From contig CBDDIJ010000002.1 of NCBI GenBank assembly GCA_965228855.1, positions 832,001 to 896,000 of the forward strand: 64,000 nucleotides of DNA, written 5' to 3'. Numbering within the stretch: the first letter of the stretch is position 1; every line of letters begins with the position of its first letter. The DNA is from Candidatus Obscuribacterales bacterium (GTDB lineage Bacteria; Cyanobacteriota; Vampirovibrionia; Obscuribacterales; Obscuribacteraceae). The notes below the pieces were generated by a model that did not search any database, had not been told where the DNA came from, and saw only the letters and a program-made list of their open reading frames with translations. The translations under genes and the position numbers were made by a program. Shown piece after piece: positions 29,105-40,600 of the stretch.

Positions 29105-30358
29105 ATGAATAAAACCTACTTGGCCCTTGGAGCTGTTGCAGTCATCATTGCAGCAGTCGTTGGGCTGACCACGTTTTGGTCGCCTCGTCCCGAGCCCGTG
29201 AGGGTGCCTTCTTATCTTGAGAAGGCCTCTGGCGAGACGATTCTTCCACCAGCCAGTCGTGAGGAGATTCAGCGTCGCGTGCAGTTTGCGCCCGACGGTT
29301 TCACTCGAGAGCGGCTTGTTGTCTTCTTCACCAACGGCGACGTCGGCGTGACTGTGTTCAATCCCGACCGCAGCGCCATTGTGTTCCGCTTCTATCCGCC
29401 GGGTGATGGATTCGACTGGAAAGCGTCTGCGTTTTCCGAGAAGGGCATGAAAAGCCGAGTCGAACGCGCTGCCGATGGAAAAACAATCATGGCGGAACGG
29501 CACTGGTACGAGGACGGAACGCTGAAGCGCCTCGGGCAGCGGCTTCCCGCCGGTGGCTATCAGGTTACCGCTTTCTTCGGCGACGGCGTCACCATGTCGG
29601 AGAGCACCTTGTTCTCCAACACCGGCGTGCTCGAAATCCAGTCGATGTACTACCAGACCGGAATCCTCAAAAGCGTTCTGAAAAGCAAGTACAACGGCTT
29701 GTACAAGGACTGGGTCAGTTATTTCCCCGACGGCAAGAAATCTGCTTTCCACATCGTCGAGGGTAACACCGAGCGTGGTGAGTTCTATTACGATGACGGT
29801 GTGACGGTTCGCATCAAGTTCATGAAAGAGCTCATCTCGCGAAACTTCATGGGCGTTTCGGTGGTGACGGCGGTGTACAACAACGCCGATGGAACGCTCA
29901 ATCACACGCGCGTGTGGGATACGAACAGCATGAAGGTCAGCTATCCCGCGGTAAACGGGAAGCCGGCGTTCACGCAGATCTGGAGATACGTCGACGCGAA
30001 GAAGGCGCAAAACCGTCTCGCTATCGATAACTTTCAGCTCCAGTCGGTAAGCGTTGCCAGGCTTGACGGTATCGACAATGTCGATATTTCGCTGGGCAAA
30101 GATCAGATTCCGGTCGAGATTCGTTTCGTTCGCAAGAACGACAAGGGCGTCGAGGAGCGCATCACGCGCAAGCTTCGAGCCGACGGTACTGTCGAATCCG
30201 AATCTGTGGCCAGCTACTCCGGCGGACGCGTCGAGCGCAAATTCACTGGTGAAGAGGGCGGGCGTGTAATCATTCCTGTCGACTTCTTCGCCGCGGGCTC
30301 GTATGAGGCACCACCTTCGGTGCCATCCGAATTCTCGTATTACCCGGGTGGTTACTGA
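29105..30358 (+). CDS. membrane-anchored protein with YwqK/MORN-like beta repeats
   Basis: N-terminal TM helix; repeated W/Y/F-x-x-DG-T/K units (WYEDGTLK, YFPDGKK, YYDDGVT, YNNADGTL). Confidence 0.75.
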   Translation: MNKTYLALGAVAVIIAAVVGLTTFWSPRPEPVRVPSYLEKASGETILPPASREEIQRRVQFAPDGFTRERLVVFFTNGDVGVTVFNPDRSAIVFRFYPPGDGFDWKASAFSEKGMKSRVERAADGKTIMAERHWYEDGTLKRLGQRLPAGGYQVTAFFGDGVTMSESTLFSNTGVLEIQSMYYQTGILKSVLKSKYNGLYKDWVSYFPDGKKSAFHIVEGNTERGEFYYDDGVTVRIKFMKELISRNFMGVSVVTAVYNNADGTLNHTRVWDTNSMKVSYPAVNGKPAFTQIWRYVDAKKAQNRLAIDNFQLQSVSVARLDGIDNVDISLGKDQIPVEIRFVRKNDKGVEERITRKLRADGTVESESVASYSGGRVERKFTGEEGGRVIIPVDFFAAGSYEAPPSVPSEFSYYPGGY

Positions 30359-30451
30359 TAAGGAGCCACTTCCCATTGCTTCAGACGGGCTTGGCAAGCC
30401 GAGCCTTGCAGCTGAGAGTTTAATGCTGCCGTAAACATCTGGAGTGATTCA

Positions 30452-30652
30452 ATGTCCATCGCATTGACCCTTCTCGCGCTGGTTGTAGCCACCGCGATTC
30501 TCGTGCGGGTCAAGAAGAAGCAGGCTGAGCGCCGTGACGCTGCTCAGGTCTTCTACGTTTGCAGGCAATGCGAACATCCGTACGTGATGCCGAACGTCCC
30601 TCTCCGTTGCCGTCGTTGTGACGGTCCGGTCGAGAAGACCTTCGAGAACTGA
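30452..30652 (+). CDS. small membrane-anchored zinc-ribbon protein
   Basis: TM helix, then CRQC...CRRC; GGAG RBS. Confidence 0.75.
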   Translation: MSIALTLLALVVATAILVRVKKKQAERRDAAQVFYVCRQCEHPYVMPNVPLRCRRCDGPVEKTFEN

Positions 30653-30656
30653 GTCC

Positions 30657-30695
30657 AACCAGGGCATGGCGCCTACCCTGCCATGCCCTGGTTTT
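30657..30695 (+). terminator. intrinsic terminator
   Basis: AACCAGGGCATGGC/GCCATGCCCTGGTT followed by TT. Confidence 0.8.
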
Positions 30696-30707
30696 CCTCA
30701 ACCTTGG

Positions 30708-30934
30708 CTACTATATGAAGTAGGTCTCTCTCTTCGTTCGAATGTCCCGACCTGGAATGGTTTAGGGCAAAACCTTTGCGAGCGACTATCTCGACTGCCT
30801 ATCCAGGAACGACGGAATCTCGGAAAACCGTCACTCCTGGATAGACACGATGCTCCTCATTCTGAAATTAAATCCCGGAAGTCACGCGCAGGCGGGTACT
30901 GCAGAAGTTTGGTAAATCCTGTCGAATATAGTAG
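30708..30934. repeat. dispersed CTACTATA/palindrome element, complete copy (227 bp)
   Basis: CTACTATATG at 30708; palindrome 30796-30847; ATATAGTAG ending 30934. Confidence 0.88.
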
Positions 30935-30951
30935 GACAGGTTTTTGTGGAA

Positions 30952-30989
30952 AAGGATGCGGAACATCCGGGGGGAAGTTCCGCATCCTT
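30952..30989 (-). terminator. intrinsic terminator for the minus-strand genes
   Basis: AAGGATGCGGAAC/GTTCCGCATCCTT perfect 13-bp stem. Confidence 0.7.
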
Positions 30990-31025
30990 GAAGTAATCAA
31001 CGTTCAGTTCAGAGCCAGTGGCGTG

Positions 31026-31328
31026 TTACTGAGCGTCGCGGTCGCGTTTGCGCGCTTCCTGCTCTTCGCGTTCGCGTTTCTCGCGAGCTTCGGCTTCTTC
31101 GCGGCCGCGCTTGTTGAACTCCTCGAGCGTTCGCTGCCATTCGTGCATCAGGAAGCTGAAGACGAAGGTCAGAACAAACCACACCGCAATGGCGTCGCCG
31201 AGCGGATTGCCGGCGGCAGGCTGCGTCCCGATCAAGGTCGGAACAACGCTCATCAGAATGTAGATCGAGGTGATGAAAGTCGAGAAGATGCCGCCAATCA
31301 GAATTGACAGCCCGAGATTGGGTTTCAT
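31026..31328 (-). CDS. two-TM membrane protein with charged C-terminal helix
   Basis: Two hydrophobic helices then an E/R-rich tail; AGGA RBS. Confidence 0.7.
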   Translation of the reverse strand: MKPNLGLSILIGGIFSTFITSIYILMSVVPTLIGTQPAAGNPLGDAIAVWFVLTFVFSFLMHEWQRTLEEFNKRGREEAEAREKREREEQEARKRDRDAQ

Positions 31329-31428
31329 GATCCTACCCTATGTTCAAAGAGCGTCGGCTTCGCAAGCCGCGCGCTCCTCCAGGCGCACCTGGATGGTTAA
31401 CTTGCGACGATCCAGGCACGCTGGATTG

Positions 31429-32136
31429 CTACGTCGCTTGCCGGCTCTTCAACAGGAGAGCTGCGATGCTCCCGACTGCGAAAGCGGCATGGATACCTGG
31501 AAACAAAGTGAAAAGGCCGACCCACGTGAAACAAGCGAGAGTCAGCGCTGAAGCGACCGCGAACATCACCAGCAGTGGTGCCAGTCCCGATCCGAGCTTG
31601 ATGCCGGCAATGCGAACCGACATGTCGCTGATTTTGTCCTTGCGAGGCTGCAGCAGCGTCAAGCTGAAGCCGGACAGCGCGAAGAAGAGAGCGGACGCAT
31701 AGAAGGCGAGCGCAGCGACTTCGGGAAGCTGAACAGCGGCGACGATCGCTCCAAACGCGGCCATGAAATACGTCACGCCCAGATACATACCGGCGCCGCC
31801 AGGGGTGGCAACCTTGTCGCGTACCTGGTCTCCCTGGAATTGGACGCTCTCCACCTGAGGCTTGCCCAGGTACCTCACGATCGTCACGTTGGCGGGCTCG
31901 GTCTGAAAGCGTATCTTGTCGTACACTGCCGGAGTGAGTTCAGCCAGGTGCATCTCATCTGCGACTTTGAACCAGCAGTATCGGGTGTTGGTGCGTTGCC
32001 CGAGGTCCTCCAGTCCCATGGTGATGGGCACAGCAGGACCGGTGTAGACGACTGTTCGCGTCGACCTGTGCATGCGCGCCAGAAGAAGCGGCAAGGACGC
32101 GATTGCGAACACTGCGGTGAGAAGTGCAAGCGTCAT
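31429..32136 (-). CDS. multi-pass membrane protein, unknown function
   Basis: N-terminal TM, soluble beta domain, about 4 C-terminal TM helices. Confidence 0.75.
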   Translation of the reverse strand: MTLALLTAVFAIASLPLLLARMHRSTRTVVYTGPAVPITMGLEDLGQRTNTRYCWFKVADEMHLAELTPAVYDKIRFQTEPANVTIVRYLGKPQVESVQFQGDQVRDKVATPGGAGMYLGVTYFMAAFGAIVAAVQLPEVAALAFYASALFFALSGFSLTLLQPRKDKISDMSVRIAGIKLGSGLAPLLVMFAVASALTLACFTWVGLFTLFPGIHAAFAVGSIAALLLKSRQAT

Positions 32137-32432
32137 GGTTTTGTGCCTTTCAGGCTGAACCCGACCGATTCCCAGATCTGACCGACACCGCTAGTTTTGC
32201 GGGTGTATAGGTCGTGAAACAGTTGCTATCGGGTTAGGCGGTTGGGTTCAGACGTTGGAGAAGGAAGAAAGTAAAGCAGCAGAATCGTATCTAAAGCATG
32301 ATATTAGATCAATGCGCGCGGCCTGATCTGTACATCGGTTTCGGGCTTCCCAAGAGGAAATCTTCGCCACCGGCGCCCTGTTTTTGGCTTTAGTTATCAA
32401 ACATAGCGAGCCGCCGCTAGCGAACCCGTTGT

Positions 32433-32689
32433 CTACTATACTTCCAGATCCTATCTACTATACGCCCAAGTATTATCTGACTCTCTCCAACGTTCTCGCG
32501 ATGGGGGGTTCCGAGGTTTGGCAGTAGAAAGTTGCTGTTAAAACTGCTTGATGGCTACGAGAGAGCGACGGAATTCGCGAGATCCGTCAACGAGCCGTAG
32601 ACAAACGCGGTGAGCGAGAGCGTTTGTGGAGCGTAAGTGCAGGGCGGATGCCTGTTTCGAGGCGTGTCGGGTGCGGATCTTTATAGTAG
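32433..32689. repeat. dispersed CTACTATA/palindrome element, complete copy (32455-32689) with duplicated left terminus
   Basis: CTACTATAC at 32433 and 32455; palindrome 32552-32605; TATAGTAG ending 32689. Confidence 0.86.
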
Positions 32690-33044
32690 TGTGGCTGGCC
32701 AGGATCATACCGAAGTCGGAACTTCAGCGCGCTGCCCGTGGTGGTGCATGTGGTGGCGGACCAGAGTCACAATGTCTTTGAAAGAATACGGCTAAACAAA
32801 TGAAAGCAGAGAGACAGTCCAGTGATCGGCTTCATGTCAAGTAGCCTGATAAAATATATTCGAATTTCTCGAACCGGTGCAAATTTTTGGTTCCTGCGAA
32901 GCTGCAAAGGCACCATATACGCCATCTTAGTGGCGCGGGCGGTGTCACGGCTTATGCGGCGATCTGCGAAAAAATTACGCGCGAATTCAAACCTATGCTA
33001 TTCTTCCCGAGTACAAAAATCGCCGCATCTAGAAGGAGCTTTGC

Positions 33045-33758
33045 ATGAAAAGAACACCACTAATACTTGCCCTGGCAGGTGTTCTATTGTTGGGTCCACT
33101 TGGTCCGACAATGGCTCAGACGTACAACGGGCAACCCCTACAGGGTCGTGTTTCTTACGTTCCAACGGGCACCATTGTCGATGCGACATTGACGAGTCCG
33201 ATCGACAGCGCCGTATCGAAAGCCGGCGATATTTTCAATGCTAATCTTTATTCGCCCATGTATCTGGGTAATGACCTGGTTCTCCCTGCCAATACTAAAC
33301 TCGAAGGTCAAGTTGTTGGTGTGGACAAAGGTGCGCTTGCAGGAAAAAATGGCGTTATCAGCTTGCGGCTCACCGGTGCTGTGACACCTGACGGTGTGCG
33401 TTACCCGCTCTCCGCGGTGGTGACCGCCGATCAAACAGAGAAGTCTGTTCATGAGAAGCAAGGCGAACTCAAAGGTCGCACAACCAGTTCAAGCGTTAAG
33501 AGCGGCGTCGTGAGGACGGCTGCCTGGACCGCTGGTGGAACTTTGCTGGGCATCTGCTTCGCTCCGATTGTCGGCGGTGCTGTCGGCGCCGGTGCGATTG
33601 CTGGTGTCGCCACTGGTGGCGCAGTCGGTTTGGGAAGCAACCTCTGGCGCAAGGGTAAGGACGTGAAAATCCCCAGTGGAACTCGCCTTCGCTTTGCTCT
33701 CGACCAACCGATGGCTATGTCGAGTGAGATTGCCGGAACTCCGCAAACTGTTCACTAA
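33045..33758 (+). CDS. secreted TrbI/VirB10-like beta-domain protein with glycine zipper
   Basis: Signal peptide; VPTGTIVDATLTSPIDS, LPANTKLEGQV, GGAVGAGAIAGVATGGAVG, KGKDVKIPSGT. Confidence 0.75.
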   Translation: MKRTPLILALAGVLLLGPLGPTMAQTYNGQPLQGRVSYVPTGTIVDATLTSPIDSAVSKAGDIFNANLYSPMYLGNDLVLPANTKLEGQVVGVDKGALAGKNGVISLRLTGAVTPDGVRYPLSAVVTADQTEKSVHEKQGELKGRTTSSSVKSGVVRTAAWTAGGTLLGICFAPIVGGAVGAGAIAGVATGGAVGLGSNLWRKGKDVKIPSGTRLRFALDQPMAMSSEIAGTPQTVH

Positions 33759-33786
33759 AACGCAAGTTTGGAAACACTGGAATCCC

Positions 33787-33823
33787 GAGAAGTGCCGGTC
33801 ACAAGCCGGCACTTCTCATTTTT
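33787..33823 (+). terminator. intrinsic terminator
   Basis: GAGAAGTGCCGG/CCGGCACTTCTC followed by ATTTTT. Confidence 0.85.
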
Positions 33824-34037
33824 AGCAGGTTGTTTCAAACGTGCTCTGCGACGAACTGTGGATTTGCACACTAGTGATATTTTGAGTTTTTCAATTTATT
33901 GAAACCCTGAAACGCCGACGCCTAAAGACTTCTGGGCATCGATGGTGAAAACACCATCGACCTTTTCGCTCGTGAAACATAATGATGAATCAGTCACAAT
34001 CCTCGGTGTTGCCCGGTAATTGATGGAGGTCCTCGCA

Positions 34038-35165
34038 GTGGATCGACCATATGATGGACAGGTCGAACAGTCGCAAATGCGTGACATTCGAGCCGACAAG
34101 GCGGCTGGGCAGTCGCTTGCCGTAGAAGCTTCTGGACTTCTATCCGGATCTTTGGCTGCCAAAGTCGCGAATTGCGAGGCTGCCGGTCTGAGCTTCACGC
34201 ACTTAACCGACCGCCCCGAATCCCAGTCAGGGCGAAGCGCTATGGACTTCCTCGTTATGGGCGGCATGCTTGATGCTAGCCGGCATCGCGGAGGTTTCTC
34301 GGCAGCGTTTGTTAACAGCATGCTGGATACTGGTGGCAATAAGGTCAGTTTGGATGCCGCGACTGGAAAGTTGTTGACCACTGATGGTGGCGGTCGCACC
34401 ATCGACTATGATGCAAAACTTGCGACGGAGCAGGCCTCGCAGAGAAATGCGACTGTAATTCCAGCTTTGTTTCTCGGCTCGCCATTCGCGTTGATTGGTA
34501 TGGGTGCGGCATCTTCAATGACTGATCACGTTCAATCCGAGCAGCATCGCGGCGAGTCCGGCAGGCTTCGCTCGCAGCTGGGCGGTGCTGCAGAGGTCGC
34601 AAACAGTGGAGCGAAACAAGTCTCGAGCGCCGAACGTTTAGCAATGACTCCCGAGCAAGCGCAATCAGCTACCCGTCACGATGCCGCTACGTTGGCTCCG
34701 AGGCTGGAGCCCGGCAAGCTCGCCACCGGTAGTCTGAACTTCGCTCCCCCGAAGGGGTACAACAGTGATGTCTCGAAAATGAATTCAATTATTTCCGAGG
34801 AAAAGAAACTTGCCTCTTCGACTCGTGACATGTATGCCTTGCCAGGATTGGCTCCGGAGCTGTTTCCCAATCAACATTTGATTGAGAAAAACAGTCGCGC
34901 GCGTGAGAAGGAAAAGAAAACGGCAAAGAGAATTGAAGCCGATAAATCTGCGGTGATGAATCGAAAACGCTCTCAGATGAGGGTAAAGCTGATGTCAGAT
35001 CGCAGTAGTCTGACCGTTGCTAATCTGTCCAAACGAAAAGAACAGTTAGAGAATGAAATTGAACTTGCGCGAGGAGTGGCTAGCCTGGCTGAGGTATCAC
35101 GGATGCATTCGGAGCTCGAAGTGCTCGACAAAGCTATCACTCGACTTACTCGACTGGGAATGTAG
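34038..35165 (+). CDS. hypothetical protein with C-terminal coiled coil
   Basis: Long ORF; GGAGG RBS before GTG 34038. Confidence 0.7.
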   Translation: MDRPYDGQVEQSQMRDIRADKAAGQSLAVEASGLLSGSLAAKVANCEAAGLSFTHLTDRPESQSGRSAMDFLVMGGMLDASRHRGGFSAAFVNSMLDTGGNKVSLDAATGKLLTTDGGGRTIDYDAKLATEQASQRNATVIPALFLGSPFALIGMGAASSMTDHVQSEQHRGESGRLRSQLGGAAEVANSGAKQVSSAERLAMTPEQAQSATRHDAATLAPRLEPGKLATGSLNFAPPKGYNSDVSKMNSIISEEKKLASSTRDMYALPGLAPELFPNQHLIEKNSRAREKEKKTAKRIEADKSAVMNRKRSQMRVKLMSDRSSLTVANLSKRKEQLENEIELARGVASLAEVSRMHSELEVLDKAITRLTRLGM

Positions 35166-35194
35166 ACTGAAACGGACGTCCAACCTGTGTTCAT

Positions 35195-36520
35195 TCACGG
35201 CGTGGCTGGTCGGGTGCCGAATGCACCGCCGGTGATTCTGTGAAAGCGGTAAAGCACAGGTGGTGTGCCGAAGTTCTGCTGGAGAACCGCTTGAAACGGG
35301 CGTTTGTACACTACCGTTGTGGATAGGGGCGCGAGGGAAGCGTCGTCAGCCAGAAGATTGGCGACGAGCGGCCAGGCTAATCTGTGACCAGCATCTTTCG
35401 ACACCAACTCAGATACGTCAATCCATGTCGACTTCTTGCCGAGTTCTCCGACTATGTTCGGCTGTTTCGCGATCCAGGATGCGGCTTCGGGTGGATTGTT
35501 CAGTCCGCCCTCCAGTGCGATGTCGGCGAACTGATTGAAAAGCTGCTCCCAGGCACCTTTCGCCATGTAGTCTTCGATTTTCGTCGCGGCCTTCGGAGCG
35601 TCGAAGGGACGACCGAGCCTCGGTGAGCCGTGCAAATAGTGAGACGTAATCAGCGGTCCGTCGCGGTCGGAGGAGAACACAAAGATCTTCTCTTTCACAA
35701 GCGCTTCCAGTTTCTTGAGACGCTGTATAGCCTGGAAGTAGTCGTAGTCGGAGGCTGAGAGGATGAGTTTGTCGATCGGGGAATTTGCAACAAGCGCGTC
35801 GTCATTGAGCAAGGCAAAAGCCAGTCGAGTCCCCAGGCTATGTGCGACGACGTAAATGCGAGCCGATTCATTTTTTTCTCGGCTCAAACGGTTTATAAAA
35901 TCTATGAAACATTGAGCGCTCCAATCGGCGCTGGCTTCGTCCTCGGCATAAGCGGACAGTTTGTTCGCAGACGGCCAGGAAAACAGAATTGGCATGGTCG
36001 GATTTTCCCAGGCGCCGCGTCGATCGAATTCATAGGAAACCGCGGCTGTATCTCGGATTGAGCTTTCGAAAGATTCGTCGTAGCCATGTATGAAAACGCA
36101 GATCGTCCCTGTCCAGTCTTTGACTTGCGAAAACATTTCTTCGTCGTCCATTGGGCGGAGATCGCCAAGGTTAGTGGTTTTCCATTTGCCGTCGTTTTCC
36201 TTGAACGAGTTTAAATAGCTAAACCAATCAGGTGCTTTTTCCTGTGCGATCAGTTTGGCTGGACGTGTAACGCGTGCGCTGCCGTACATGACGGAGCCTG
36301 CTCCAACGTCCAGGTGTCGTTTTGGTCCGAATATTGGATCTGTGCTTCGCCCTTCATTCCAACGAGTGGTGGCATAGAGTATCGTTCTTGTCGCAGGGTC
36401 TTTATCGTGCCGATCCAGTCGGAACTTGCTTTTGCAGTCCGCCGCTGAACCAATGATAAGAAGTGCGGCAGCTATTAGCGCCGATGCTAATGGTCTTAAC
36501 TGGTAGCGCCTGTGGTGCAT
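35195..36520 (-). CDS. secreted alpha/beta hydrolase (DUF900-like esterase)
   Basis: ILYATTR, VFIHGY, FSWPS, VVAHSLG nucleophile elbow; signal peptide. Confidence 0.85.
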   Translation of the reverse strand: MHHRRYQLRPLASALIAAALLIIGSAADCKSKFRLDRHDKDPATRTILYATTRWNEGRSTDPIFGPKRHLDVGAGSVMYGSARVTRPAKLIAQEKAPDWFSYLNSFKENDGKWKTTNLGDLRPMDDEEMFSQVKDWTGTICVFIHGYDESFESSIRDTAAVSYEFDRRGAWENPTMPILFSWPSANKLSAYAEDEASADWSAQCFIDFINRLSREKNESARIYVVAHSLGTRLAFALLNDDALVANSPIDKLILSASDYDYFQAIQRLKKLEALVKEKIFVFSSDRDGPLITSHYLHGSPRLGRPFDAPKAATKIEDYMAKGAWEQLFNQFADIALEGGLNNPPEAASWIAKQPNIVGELGKKSTWIDVSELVSKDAGHRLAWPLVANLLADDASLAPLSTTVVYKRPFQAVLQQNFGTPPVLYRFHRITGGAFGTRPATP

Positions 36521-36521
36521 G

Positions 36522-37196
36522 CTAAGGTGCCTTTTTGAGGTTGTTCTTGCCTGCGTTCCAATTATTCATTTGCACATTCGGTGTACCAAGATCTCCGATT
36601 GTGCTTGCCCTCGTTACTTTGAAGGTCATTTTCTTGTTGGCACGAAGCACTCCCAGAGTGACTACTGTGTTTTTAGGACCGCGAATTTTACTGAGCAACG
36701 CGTGATAGTCGCTGGGTGCTGGTGCGCCGTCGACTTCTACGACGACGTCTCCAGGCTTGACTCCCGCACGATCCGCCGATGAGCCGACCAAAACATCCTT
36801 GATGGTTCCGGTCTCGCTCAAACCTAAACCCGTGTATCCGAGAGGTTTTGCTTTGGTTGAATTGCCGATGCTTTTCTTCATCAACGGCATCGCGCGTAAC
36901 ATGCGATTGGCTTCTGCCGCGAGCGTCGCATCTTTAGCCTTCGTGCAGCGATGCAACTGTTCCGTTGCGTCATCAAAACGGCCGGCTTCGACCAGGCATC
37001 GTGCGTAAAGGAAAGCGACCTTGGGCTCCTGCAGTTGGGCGGGGGCGAGCAATTCCAGATGATTCAAGGCGAGAGCAAATTTTTTGTTTTTGACCTCTTG
37101 TTCAATCTCGCTTAGTGAAACCGCTTGAGCCGGCTGCGAGCAGAAACCGATTGCAATGGCGGCTATGAGTATAGGCCTTTGAAAGTTTGTGAACAT
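36522..37196 (-). CDS. secreted TPR + PDZ domain protein
   Basis: Signal peptide from MFTNFQ; TPR-like helices; GYTGLGL...GSSADRAGVKPGDVVVEVDG...IRGPKNTVVTLGVLR. Confidence 0.85.
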   Translation of the reverse strand: MFTNFQRPILIAAIAIGFCSQPAQAVSLSEIEQEVKNKKFALALNHLELLAPAQLQEPKVAFLYARCLVEAGRFDDATEQLHRCTKAKDATLAAEANRMLRAMPLMKKSIGNSTKAKPLGYTGLGLSETGTIKDVLVGSSADRAGVKPGDVVVEVDGAPAPSDYHALLSKIRGPKNTVVTLGVLRANKKMTFKVTRASTIGDLGTPNVQMNNWNAGKNNLKKAP

Positions 37197-37381
37197 GCGC
37201 GTGGAGTCGTTAAATCCGGAGGGGCTTCCGAATAGTTTAGTGGACCTAAAACCCGACACCAACCCTTGGCAATAGAACAAGGTCGGCTCCGAGACCGTCG
37301 CAGTTCGAACTCCAGCCACTGGCGAAACGTGGTCCTTCGGTATCTATCCACCAGTTCTCGCGGCTATCCAACCAGTGCGCG

Positions 37382-37529
37382 TGTCTATCCAGGAATGACG
37401 GATTTGCGAAATTTCGGCGCTGTGGGATAGACAAATGAGCCTGGGAAGACCATGTTTCTCATTTTAAGCTATGAAGAACCAGTCCGGTAGGGAGTCTTCG
37501 TCCTCAACAGAGACTAACGGATATAGTAG
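37382..37529. repeat. dispersed CTACTATA/palindrome element, partial copy (palindrome + right terminus)
   Basis: Palindrome 37382-37435, preceded by two extra CTATCCA-containing ~20-bp units; ATATAGTAG ending 37529. Confidence 0.82.
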
Positions 37530-37672
37530 ACGGTTCGAGGCGGTTCGAGGCGGTTTAAGATTAGATTTTCGGTTTTCTCTACGTAGACTCACCATGGGAG
37601 ATCTCCCCATCAGGGTGGAGTTTTGTTATTGTCGGAGGATAACGTTTCTCTGCACTTATACAGGCTGCTACT

Positions 37673-40600
37673 GTGGGATCAGATTCAGGAGCGGAACACC
37701 GCCCAGAACTCAGCGACTATCACAAGTCGACACTCAACTCGCTAACGGACGTTTTCAGCGACCGTTTGGAGCAGACCCTCGGCGGTGCGACCATTGGCGT
37801 GGCGCGCGACCTGGTCAGTGAAGCGCCGACCCAGATGGAAGCGCTTCAGCGTGCGAAAGAGAATGACACCGCGAACTTGATCGTGGCTGACACCGTCGCA
37901 ATTATCCCCAAGTTCAATTCACTGACCGCCGGCGTGACTCGTGCCACGTTGCTCGTAAATCCGCACGCCAGCGTAGCTGATAACGCCGGCTCGTTCACCC
38001 TGAACATGGCGGAAGGCGCCGCCCTTAACAAAGTCGGCAAGATGATGCTTCCGGGAAGCAGCGTGCAAGCGGCTTTGGCGCGAAATGTGGCGAACCCGCT
38101 GGCGCGCGAAATTGCCACTCATTTGACGGTTGGTGGCGGTTTCGGCGCTGTGAAAACGGGCTTCAATCCAAGCAATTGGGTGGATGAAAGCGGCAAATTC
38201 GCGCCTGGTTCTCTTGCCACCAAAATGGTGACCGGCACGACAGCCGGCGCTTTGTTGAACGTTCCTGCCGGTATGGTCGGCATGCGAGTCATGCACGGCT
38301 CGATGAGTTTGCTGGCAGAGCGTCAAATTTCTCAACGGGTAGCAACCACGCTCGCTGGCGCCGGCAGCGGTTACACCAGCGGCGCTCTCATGGGTGGCAT
38401 CGATGCCGTGAGCCACGGCAAGTCGTTTTCCGAAACACTCGACGAAATGCATTTCGCCGGCAAGGTCGGAATGTTGACTGGTGGCGTGCTCGGCGCCTCG
38501 GATAATGGAAAACTGACTTCGCAGTATCGCCAGATCGTCGAAGGCGTGAAGAGGGCGAACACGGTTTCGCTTCAAGAGAAAACTGTTTCAACTGTAAATG
38601 AACAGCTGGAGCCGGCCCGACCAATTCGGCGGCAGACTCAAGAAGAGATTATTTTGGAAGAGCGAGCCGCTGTCCAGGAGCGTCAAGGACGCACATCTCT
38701 GGACAAAATGGACTTCGTGCCACGTGATTATCGGATTGCTGATATCACGGGCAGGTTGAAGAATCCCCAGGTTCAAACAGAGGCGCTTCGCGTGCTGAAG
38801 CCCGGTTCGACCAAAGTTGTCTTCGACTCGTTTGGCGAGTTTTTGAAACATACAGATCCGGTCGAAGTGAAAATGCGTGTGTATGAGGTGGAAGGTCACA
38901 GCGCGAGACTGGCTATTGAAGAGAGTCTGGCGTTGAAAATGGATCAGACGAGAAACGATCGAATCGCTCTCGAATACATGGCGAAACGCGAAGTGCCATA
39001 CGACAAGCTCTCTGCCGGCGACCGACGAATGATCAGTTTGGAATGGTCACAGACGAAAGATCACGAGGGCTTGCTGGCACGTTATATGTCGCCTGAGGAC
39101 GCGAAAGCCTCTTTGACGGCGGTTAAAGCGCGCATGCATCTGGTTCAAAACGGCGGCAAAAATGGACCGGTAGCTGAAGATTTTGTTGCTCTTATGGATG
39201 AGTCGCCAAACCGCTCGAAGATTTCGCGCGTCGACATTTTGCACAGAAAAAATCCAGAAGATCCCTGGACTGCGCAACAGTTCAACGATCCGACCTTTGC
39301 CTCCGCGGCGTCTGCAAGCAGGGACGGACGAATAACCTTCTACATGCCGGAAGGCACCCGGCATTCTATCGGCACTTTGCGCACCTTCATGAATCACGAA
39401 TTCGGTCACGTTGCCGCGAATAATACGCCTGAGGAATCCGCCATTTACGGACTTGCAGCGCATGTTGATAAAGACATTCCAAACCCGAATTATCGACCCG
39501 AGACAGTCACTACCGGTGGTGCCGATTCAAAGCTCCCCGTCAATACGATTTCAGGGGAGAACCTTTCAACGCCGCTGAAGGGCGGTAAGGATCAAGCAAC
39601 GACAAAATATTACGCACGCGAGTACGCAAAGAAAAATCTTGATGAAGATGGTGCGGTGCACATGGGCGAAGAGATGCTCCATCAGTCGTCGACCAATCTT
39701 CGTATCCTCGGCGAACAGGCGCCGGTGCGCACAGTAGTACTTTCGAAGTCACTCATGAAAGTTATGCTTCAGGCACAAGGACGCGATCAAAGTGTGAATG
39801 CCGATAAGATTTGGAATCGTATTCGCTTCGTCGAAAAGGAAGTCTATCCGGAAGCCATTAAGCTGCTGGAGAAGCGCTTGAAGACGGGAGACCCTACGGA
39901 GCAGGCGGCTTCGGCGGAACTGCTAGGTTACCTGGGTGATCGCGAACGGCATGTACCGATACTTCGCAGAATCGCATCTGATAGAGAGATGCTCGGAACT
40001 GTTCCTGAGGGGCTGGGACTTGCCGGGAAAGGTTACGTCGGTGCTGCCATCAAGAGCACCACCCCTGGTGTCCAGCGCGCCGCTAGCTTTGACTTCAGCG
40101 GCAAGGATCGAACGGTTGCCGATGTGGCTTTCGATGCGATGTTGAGGCTTAATGAGGGAACCGCCGGCGACCAGTTGAAGTTTCTCGCGAATGAAGGTCT
40201 GTCTAGTTCGCCTACTCGGGATCTTGCTCTCCAGCGGCTCGGGCGCGTCCGCGAAACAGTCGGCAAGGACTTCTCGCAAGTTGCTAATGCGTCAGGAAAT
40301 CGTGAGAAATTGCCGCAGTTGCTGGATTTGATGGCACACTCTCGTGATGAAAACGTAAGATCGATGGCCTTCGACGAAGCCATGGTTCTCGGTGCCGATA
40401 GTCCTGAGTTTACGAAAAGTGTCGTCGCCAAGGCGCTGGAAGTGCCGGGATTGGCAAGAAAGGCGCTGCGTTATGTCAAGCCGGAAACCGCCATCGACTT
40501 CGAGCCTCAGCTTCGCAGATTAGCCAGGAGGCGCTGGGACGGCGAATCTCAGGAGATCGCGGAGGGGCTTCTTCGTACGATGGTATTTGAATCTAATCAA